Shown: positions 37,901 through 42,828 of the stretch, piece after piece
How positions within the stretch are numbered: position 1 is the first letter of the stretch
Layout: the number at the start of each line of letters is the position of its first letter
Source: a virus
Lineage: Duplodnaviria > Heunggongvirae > Uroviricota > Caudoviricetes
Length of the DNA stretch: 42,828 nucleotides
Strand: one strand, 5' to 3'
IMG/VR virus record: IMGVR_UViG_2778261419_000003
Location: 1-42,828 of that record
Made by a program: the position numbers and the translations under genes
Notes under the pieces: model-generated
Seen by the model: the letters and a program-made list of their open reading frames with translations, nothing else
Database searches by the model: none
What the model was told of the DNA's origin: nothing

Positions 37901-38509
37901 TTGCAGACTGACGTGAACGGCAACAAGGCATCTATCAACAGCCTGAACCAGACGTTCTCCGATTACCAGCAGGCCGCGGCCACGCAGATAAACGGGATCA
38001 CGGCGACCGTCAACGGACACACATCAGCCATCACAACCAACGCTCAGGCGATAGCCAACGTTAATGGCGACCTCAGCGCGATGTACAACATCAAGGTTGG
38101 CGTTTCCAGCAACGGTCAGTATTACGCCGCGGGGATGGGTATCGGCGTGGAGAATACGCCATCCGGCATGCAGTCGCAGGTTATCTTCCTGGCTGATCGC
38201 TTCGCCGTCACCACGGCAGCCGGAAATAGCGTGGCTTTGCCGTTTGTGATCCAGAATGGACAGACATTCATCCGGGCCAGTTTCATCCAGGACGGCACTA
38301 TCAGCAACGCAAAGATTGGTAATTTTATCCAGTCGAACAATTATGTTGCTGGTTCTGCTGGCTGGAAGCTTGATAAAGGGGGGACGTTTGAGAACTACGG
38401 TTCGACTGCTGGTGAGGGAGCCATGAAACTGACAAATCAGACGATCAGCGTCAAAGATGGCAGTAATGTTCTTAGGGTGCAGGTTGGCCGATTAACGGGA
38501 GTATTCTGA
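34922..38509 (+). CDS. J: Host specificity / central tail fibre protein J
   Basis: 1195 aa; extended similarity to lambda J (e.g. KWALYSIAQYCDEMVSDGAGGTEPRFTCNVF vs lambda KWALYVIGQYCDQSVPDGFGGTEPRITCNAY); C-terminal region divergent. Confidence 0.9.
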   Translation: MGEKMQLLKQETILQGAKGGGGSSHTPVEQPDDLLSVAKLKMLIAVSEGEIQGDLTAQNIFLNDTPLANDSGEYNFSGVKWEFRKGTQDQTYIAGMPQVDNELAVGTTVTTTAPWTRQFTNLSLDAIRIKLSLPVQYLYKDNGDMVGTVTEYAIDLSTDGGAWKTVVNGKFDGKTTTEYQRDHRIDLPKSTSGWSVRVRRITADASGSNSKLVNAFKVFSYAEVIDSKLRYPLTALLYVEVDSSQFNGSAPKVTCKIKGKLIKVPDNYDPKTRTYSGSWSGGFKMAWSNNPAWIFYDLVLDEIYGMGTRVDASMVDKWALYSIAQYCDEMVSDGAGGTEPRFTCNVFIQSQEDAWQVLNDLAAVFRGITFWGNDQIYVQADVPQDDVDWVYNVSNVIDGLFTYAGGSYKNRYSSCLVSWSDPQNHYSDTVEGVYDSALVERYDVRQTSLTAIGCTSQSEAHRRGRWVLLSNAKDGTVSFGVGLDGYIPLPAEIIGVADPFRSGKENGGRISAANGRQITLDREIDYAAKDRLVVNLPDGKAQTRTISAVSADKKTVTVATAFSQVPVAGAVWAIDSDNLAIQYFRVTSIAANDDSTGGFTITAVQHDPNKYRYIDDGVRVESPPITVTPISVLSAPKNIVVTESDHVSQGLTVASLDVSWDKVEGAIRYVAQWRKDNGDWINVPVTSAQGFSVQGIYSGSYDVRVRALNAQDTSSPWGYGETTYLSGKTGKPGTPLNFLATEDVVWHIDLTWKFPDGSGDTAYTEIQRATTADYANPELLVLVPYPAADYQHGPMPAGVRQWYRARLIDRIGNAGDWTDWIMGTSSIDVSEITNDILEDMKESETFKDLIENAVDSNEKIAGMANDIKQANDELEQQAKDIAKNAQDIGKVQTSVTNLSSTVGDVSSSLSKLEQTVATADTALGQRIDNISVSVDGMTGGVKNSAIAIIQGNLAQVAARKTLSASVAGNSAQLDRIDEVIVNEKEATARSLLSLQTDVNGNKASINSLNQTFSDYQQAAATQINGITATVNGHTSAITTNAQAIANVNGDLSAMYNIKVGVSSNGQYYAAGMGIGVENTPSGMQSQVIFLADRFAVTTAAGNSVALPFVIQNGQTFIRASFIQDGTISNAKIGNFIQSNNYVAGSAGWKLDKGGTFENYGSTAGEGAMKLTNQTISVKDGSNVLRVQVGRLTGVF

Positions 38510-38510
38510 A

Positions 38511-38813
38511 ATGGCTTATGGAATACAGACCTGGGATGCTTCAGGAAAACCCAACAACTATGGCATCAAACCCGTTTCCGTCGTTGGGCGAATACAGCTG
38601 GCTGCCGGGCAAACCTCCGGCAGCTGGTCTTTTACGGTGCCCTCAGGAATGAAAGTTGGTTTTGTTCTTTCACTTGATGAAGGAGGTAACAGCGTAGGGC
38701 GGCGCATTGTCGCGTCAGGGAGCACAATAACCGTAAGCGCTGCATCTTCTGTAGGTCTGGGTAATTATCCGGCCTCAAAGTGTGAAGTGGTCGTTTTCAT
38801 GGAGAAAGCATAA
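38511..38813 (+). CDS. Hypothetical protein downstream of J (WDASGK-motif domain)
   Basis: 100 aa; shares the motif block WDASGK...SGSW with the C-terminal half of the next ORF. Confidence 0.45.
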   Translation: MAYGIQTWDASGKPNNYGIKPVSVVGRIQLAAGQTSGSWSFTVPSGMKVGFVLSLDEGGNSVGRRIVASGSTITVSAASSVGLGNYPASKCEVVVFMEKA

Positions 38814-39487
38814 TGGCCGAATTTGGCGCGATGATATTAATGGACAACGGGAACCCATTTGTAACGCCCCAGTCAACGCCTTTTTGTCTTTACGGCAAGT
38901 ACACTTTCAACTCCTCTGCTAATGGCAGTTCGCAGCAGGTTGCTCAGAATATTGCATTAAATGCTGACTACCCTGTGATGGTATTTATCAGGACCACAAA
39001 TACCGCCCAGCCCACGCCAGTAATATCTTACCGGAACGGCGGAAATATATATGTCGCGGGGGTTAATCCCTACAACCAAAGTTTCACTTTAACGGCGTAC
39101 GTTTTTGCCATATTCCCGCAGATATTACCGAAATGGGGTTTGGCAATATGGGATGCGAGCGGAAAGCTTGTGTTAACTAATGAGTCCCGTGTGCTATCAG
39201 ACCTGCAGACGGTTGGCACGCCTGGTGCAAACGGCGGGATAAATATTGACCAGACGCTGAGCGGGTCATGGGCCGTTGCACCTGCTCAGTTGGGTCAGAC
39301 CATCATTGTGAATAATTCAACCCAGCCTCCGACTATCTACACGATAAATGCTTATTCTTCATGCAGGTTTGACGGGGCCAATACGAGGATAAACGCAGGG
39401 GGGACCTCCACTGGGGCAGGTTCACCTGGAGGGGGAACGAATACTGGCATTTCATTAACCGCCATAAATACAGCGGCCTATGATTGA
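38813..39487 (+). CDS. Hypothetical protein (contains second copy of WDASGK-motif domain)
   Basis: 224 aa; start overlaps upstream stop; C-terminal Gly/Thr-rich tail. Confidence 0.45.
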   Translation: MAEFGAMILMDNGNPFVTPQSTPFCLYGKYTFNSSANGSSQQVAQNIALNADYPVMVFIRTTNTAQPTPVISYRNGGNIYVAGVNPYNQSFTLTAYVFAIFPQILPKWGLAIWDASGKLVLTNESRVLSDLQTVGTPGANGGINIDQTLSGSWAVAPAQLGQTIIVNNSTQPPTIYTINAYSSCRFDGANTRINAGGTSTGAGSPGGGTNTGISLTAINTAAYD

Positions 39488-39598
39488 TTGATAGTTTTTA
39501 GCGATCAATAACATAATATTGATCTATCCAATCAATTATACCCACCAGAATTGTATTGGTATCGTCTAAGATACTGAATTCCTCTGGATACTATCAAA

Positions 39599-39832
39599 AT
39601 GAGAAAACTGATTATCTGCATGGCAGGCGCTGTCATGCTTACAGGATGCGCTGGCGTAATTGAGAAACAGGAACCAGTTTGCAGCGGCACTGCAATCGTT
39701 GGCGGTCAGGAAACTACGGTTCAGATTTACGGTGTGCGTAAACAAAACAACCAGACGCAGTACCGGGCTGGATATCCTTTCAGCTGGCGCTGGGTAAGTG
39801 CGAATACATTTACCGAAACAACCTGCAAATAA
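39599..39832 (+). CDS. Small lipoprotein (possible Cor-like superinfection exclusion protein)
   Basis: 77 aa; signal peptide with lipobox LTGC; between tail genes and side tail fibre; followed by a terminator. Confidence 0.45.
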   Translation: MRKLIICMAGAVMLTGCAGVIEKQEPVCSGTAIVGGQETTVQIYGVRKQNNQTQYRAGYPFSWRWVSANTFTETTCK

Positions 39833-39853
39833 CCCACTACGCTTAAACATAAA

Positions 39854-39876
39854 CCTCGCTCCGGCGGGGTTTTTTT
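39854..39876 (+). terminator. Intrinsic terminator after lipoprotein gene
   Basis: CCTCGC-tccg-GCGGGG hairpin followed by T7. Confidence 0.45.
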
Positions 39877-39892
39877 ATTGCCTGGAGAAAAT

Positions 39893-40825
39893 ATGCTTTA
39901 TAACACCGGCACCATCGCCATTAATGGAAATACCGCCACCGGGACGGGCACAAACTGGACAGCTCCCGCCAGCCAGGTCCGCGCTGGCCAGACGATTATC
40001 GTGATGTCTAACCCGGTGCAGCTGTTTCAGATTTCATCCGTGAACAGCGCCACGTCAATGACGGTTACGCCAGCAGTTTCCCCGGCGCTGAGCGGCCAGA
40101 AGTATGGAATCCTTGTGTCGGACAATATCTCAGTCGACGGCCTGGCGCAGGCCATGTCACAGCTCATCAAAGAGTACGACGAGAATATTGGCGCGTGGGA
40201 GACGTTCGCCACCACCTCAGCAAACCAAAGCATCACAGTTACCATCAACGGCACCGCCGTAACCATCCCAGGCATCGGTAAACTTGCGCAGAAAGGGAGC
40301 AATGGTGCGCTTGCAATCGCTGACGGCGGGACCGGGGCAACGAATGCCGCAGACGCTCGCACAAAACTTGGTTTGGGAGAAGGTGCTCCAGCTATTGGCG
40401 TTCCGTTCTTCTGGCCGTCCGCTGCAATGCCAAATACTGTAATCGACAGCTGGTCCAGTATGGTGTTTTTGAAGTTCAACGGGGCGAAATTTTCTGCCAC
40501 TGATTACCCTGTGCTGGCGAAAGTGTTTCCGGCGCTGGTATTACCTGAAGCCCGCGGTGATTTCATTCGTATCTGGGATGACGGGCGAGGTGCAGATGGT
40601 GGTCGCGAATTATTAAGCTGGCAGGAAGCTACAAACTTTTCTCAGTTTGCCGGGAATATAGGCGGAGGTGCGGGACACGCAATTAACTTTCATGATGGAA
40701 TCGCCGGAAATCAGCCAGGATTTTCACGATTTAATCTCACCAGTAACTCTGTGGGTGATGGTGTGAATTTTGTTGCTGTCAGACCGCGAAATATTGCATT
40801 TAACTTTCTGGTGAGGGCTAAATAA
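39893..40825 (+). CDS. stf: Side tail fibre protein (constant N-terminal part fused to variable C-terminus Sv)
   Basis: ATG 39893 with GGAGAAA SD; inversion crossover site lies inside the gene at codons for KLGLGE (40364-40381). Confidence 0.7.
   Translation: MLYNTGTIAINGNTATGTGTNWTAPASQVRAGQTIIVMSNPVQLFQISSVNSATSMTVTPAVSPALSGQKYGILVSDNISVDGLAQAMSQLIKEYDENIGAWETFATTSANQSITVTINGTAVTIPGIGKLAQKGSNGALAIADGGTGATNAADARTKLGLGEGAPAIGVPFFWPSAAMPNTVIDSWSSMVFLKFNGAKFSATDYPVLAKVFPALVLPEARGDFIRIWDDGRGADGGRELLSWQEATNFSQFAGNIGGGAGHAINFHDGIAGNQPGFSRFNLTSNSVGDGVNFVAVRPRNIAFNFLVRAK
40357..40382. promoter_or_regulatory. Inversion crossover site 1 (hix/gix-like)
   Basis: Reverse complement reads TTCTCCCAAACC-AA-GTTTTGTGCGA; inner half-site and core identical to site 2. 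Confidence 0.6.
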
Positions 40826-41418
40826 TGAAACCTGTTTTTGATGAAAATGGGCTGGCCACAGTGCCGGGCGATATGCGTTGTTTTTATTATGATGCTGAAA
40901 CATCTGAGTATACGGGCTGGTCTGATGAATATATTAATACTGGCGTAAGTATGCCCGCCTGTTCCACTGGTATTGACCCGGGCGAAAACATTCCGGGAAA
41001 AGTGGCAGTATTTACAGGTAAGGGATGGAGCCATGAAGAAGACCATCGCAATGAGACTGTTTACTCAATCGAAAATGGTGCTGCTGTTACAGTGGATTAT
41101 ATCGGTGCCATCAAAAACGGTTATGTCACGCTTTCACCGTTAACGCCATATGATAAATGGGATGGTGAGAAATGGGTGACAGACACTGAGGCACAACACA
41201 GTGCCGCAGTAGACGCGGCAGAAGCACAGCGCCAGTCACTGATTGATGCAGCAATGGCTTCCATTAGTCTGATTCAGCTGAAATTACAGGCCGGGCGGAA
41301 GCTGACGCAGGCAGAAACCACCCGACTTAACGCTGTGCTGGATTACATTGACGCGGTGGCGGCAACAGATACCAGCACCGCGCCGGATGTCATCTGGCCT
41401 GAACTGCCGGAGGCGTAG
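40825..41418 (+). CDS. tfa: Tail fibre assembly protein
   Basis: 197 aa; start overlaps stf stop; C-terminus LDYIDAVAATDTSTAPDVIWPELP typical of Tfa. Confidence 0.75.
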   Translation: MKPVFDENGLATVPGDMRCFYYDAETSEYTGWSDEYINTGVSMPACSTGIDPGENIPGKVAVFTGKGWSHEEDHRNETVYSIENGAAVTVDYIGAIKNGYVTLSPLTPYDKWDGEKWVTDTEAQHSAAVDAAEAQRQSLIDAAMASISLIQLKLQAGRKLTQAETTRLNAVLDYIDAVAATDTSTAPDVIWPELPEA

Positions 41419-41902
41419 GCCATTCAATATCTGGAGCACCGGAAGTATCGACCAGTTCCAGTGCGTCCAGATAATCCAGCCATAAATTATATTGCGCCAG
41501 TTCCTCACCTTTCAGACGACCAATAGCCGCCTTTCCTGGCCACTGCTTACTGTTAATATATTCATTAACTCTATTTATGAGTGCCTGTTTTTTTCGTTCC
41601 GCTTCTGACAGTTGTTCTTCATGAGTTAGCGGCGGTACGTCATCCCATGCAGGATAGCCATCATCACCCGCAACTCTCACTTTCCCTGGAGGTGGGGACA
41701 GGTACTTAATAAATATATCCTCATCAACTTCAACTCCATTATGAGGCCATAACCCAGACTCCTTATACTGACTTTCCAGAGTAAATGGGTAAAACATATT
41801 AGTTTTAGCATCGTAAAGATATTTACTCATTTTATCTTCCTGTAGCAAACCAGCGGCAACCAGCGACAGTTGGAACATTGAAGGATGGATTTCCTTTATC
41901 AA
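41390..41902 (-). CDS. Alternative tail fibre assembly protein (Tfa')
   Basis: 170 aa, convergent with tfa; C-terminus LDYLDALELVDTSGAPDIEWPTPP paralogous to the plus-strand Tfa. Confidence 0.7.
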   Translation of the reverse strand: MIKEIHPSMFQLSLVAAGLLQEDKMSKYLYDAKTNMFYPFTLESQYKESGLWPHNGVEVDEDIFIKYLSPPPGKVRVAGDDGYPAWDDVPPLTHEEQLSEAERKKQALINRVNEYINSKQWPGKAAIGRLKGEELAQYNLWLDYLDALELVDTSGAPDIEWPTPPAVQAR

Positions 41903-42208
41903 GAGATCCCAGGTTCTCTGCTATGACATTTGAGTTAGTCAATTTATAGAATTGCCATACTGACATTTTCCCTGCCACAGGAGCCTGGTCATGTTCATTA
42001 ATAGAAATGACGGCTGTCGGAAATGGGATAGGAAAATTAATCAAAACTTCATTTGTTGTGGCCTCAGTTAGCCCCCATTGTTCAATATAACCATCCGGGC
42101 TTCGCCTCCATCCCGTCGTTGTATCTCCCCCACACTCCCACGCTGACATATCAGGAATTTGGTTTTGCCCGTTACCCACATCCCGTTTTGCCGCTTCTCC
42201 CAAACCAA
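41832..42208 (-). CDS. Alternative tail fibre variable C-terminal segment (Sv'), expressed only after inversion
   Basis: Minus-strand ORF lacking its own constant part; begins at the crossover with GLGE codons identical to the stf junction. Confidence 0.6.
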
Positions 42209-42220
42209 CCTTTTTTATAA
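42195..42220. promoter_or_regulatory. Inversion crossover site 2 (hix/gix-like)
   Basis: TTCTCCCAAACC-AA-CCTTTTTTATAA; resembles Hin hixL TTCTTGAAAACCAAGGTTTTTGATAA. Confidence 0.65.
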
Positions 42221-42279
42221 CCATCAAAAATCTGGTGATGCTTCGCCGTTTCTCCTGTTTTCATAACAGGAGAAATCCC

Positions 42280-42828
42280 ATGATTTACGGTTATGCCCGA
42301 GTATCAACAAACCACCAGGACACTGAATTGCAACTAACGGCGCTCAAGTCAGCGGGTTGTGAGAAAATTTTTGAAGAGCATGCCAGCGGGAGGAAATCGA
42401 ATCGGCCGGTTCTAAAACGGCTGATCGCCACTATGCAGCCGGGGGATGAACTGGTGGTCTGGAAGCTGGACAGGATAGGCCGCAACGTTCTGCATGCGCT
42501 GTTGATGTTCCAGCAGTTACAGGAAAAGGGTATCAACTTCCGCAGTATTACCGATGGCGTGGATCTCAAAACAGCCAGCGGCCGCTATAACTTTCGTAAC
42601 ATCCTTTCCGCAGCACAATATGAATCTGATCTTAATAGCGAACGTACCTTAGCAGGGCTGGCCGTAGCCAGGGCAAAAGGGCGAGTTGGTGGTCGCAGGC
42701 CTAAGTTCACGGATGAGCAATGGCGGGAAATGGGGGAGCGGATGGCAACCGGTGAATCACGACAAAGCGTATCAAAAACGTATGGAGTAGGGCTCTCAAC
42801 TCTGTATAAAAAGTTTCCAGCTAGCTGA
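42280..42828 (+). CDS. pin: Serine DNA invertase (Hin/Gin/Pin family)
   Basis: MIYGYARVSTNHQD... N-terminal resolvase catalytic domain with active-site Ser; C-terminal HTH; adjacent to the invertible segment. Confidence 0.85.
   Translation: MIYGYARVSTNHQDTELQLTALKSAGCEKIFEEHASGRKSNRPVLKRLIATMQPGDELVVWKLDRIGRNVLHALLMFQQLQEKGINFRSITDGVDLKTASGRYNFRNILSAAQYESDLNSERTLAGLAVARAKGRVGGRRPKFTDEQWREMGERMATGESRQSVSKTYGVGLSTLYKKFPAS

Larger units (their letters stand above)
40369..42208. other. Invertible tail-fibre segment (about 1.84 kb) carrying Sv+Tfa on one strand and Sv'+Tfa' on the other
   Basis: Bounded by inverted hix-like sites; the minus-strand ORF 41832..42227 starts with KKVGLGE matching the Sc junction, so inversion gives an in-frame alternative C-terminus. 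Confidence 0.65.
1..42828. mobile_element. Lambdoid prophage (Rac / phage 21-like organisation), near complete from int to tail-fibre invertase
   Basis: Canonical module order int-xis / RecET / repressor-cro / O with iterons / nin genes / Q / lysis / cos / terminase-portal-capsid / tail Z-J / stf-tfa-invertase; att sites not in window. Confidence 0.85.

Noticed and set aside
35199-38340. Short ORFs on both strands inside the J gene (including a 275 aa minus-strand ORF at 37193..38020)
   Set aside because: J is supported by extended similarity to lambda J along its length; overlapping frames in GC-rich coding DNA are expected by chance.
1-42828. Looked for CRISPR arrays, tRNA/rRNA genes and IS elements
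   Set aside because: No regularly spaced direct repeats with unique spacers, no cloverleaf-like tRNA candidates recognised by eye in intergenic regions, and no transposase-like ORFs with terminal inverted repeats; a tRNA scan with software was not possible.

Overview
The window is a near-complete lambdoid prophage (Rac / phage 21-like layout), bounded by a P4-type tyrosine integrase at the left edge and a Hin/Gin/Pin-family DNA invertase at the right edge. Left to right: int and a convergent Xis-like gene; a leftward early operon with RecE/RecT recombination genes and small zinc-ribbon proteins; an immunity region with a CI-like repressor, Cro-like gene and repeated 15-bp operators; an O-like replication gene with internal ori iterons; a nin-like region (HNH nuclease, LexA-boxed dinI, YbcO-like, RusA); antiterminator Q; a phage 21-type lysis cassette (dual-start pinholin, SAR endolysin, Rz/Rz1); a lambda-like cosN; terminase, portal, a fused protease-capsid ORF; the lambda-order tail genes Z-U-V-G/T-H-M-L-K-I-J; and an invertible tail-fibre segment. 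Best candidates for undescribed biology are (1) an AT-rich two-gene operon downstream of the repressor, in the position lambda uses for rexAB, and (2) a terminator-flanked cassette between Rz and cos encoding a small Q/S/T-rich protein plus a standalone ClpP/S49-like serine protease. Lesser candidates are an antisense coiled-coil/zinc-ribbon gene between Q and the holin, and a Gly/Ala-rich membrane protein next to dinI. All family assignments come from motif recognition by eye; no database search, GC calculation or folding was run.
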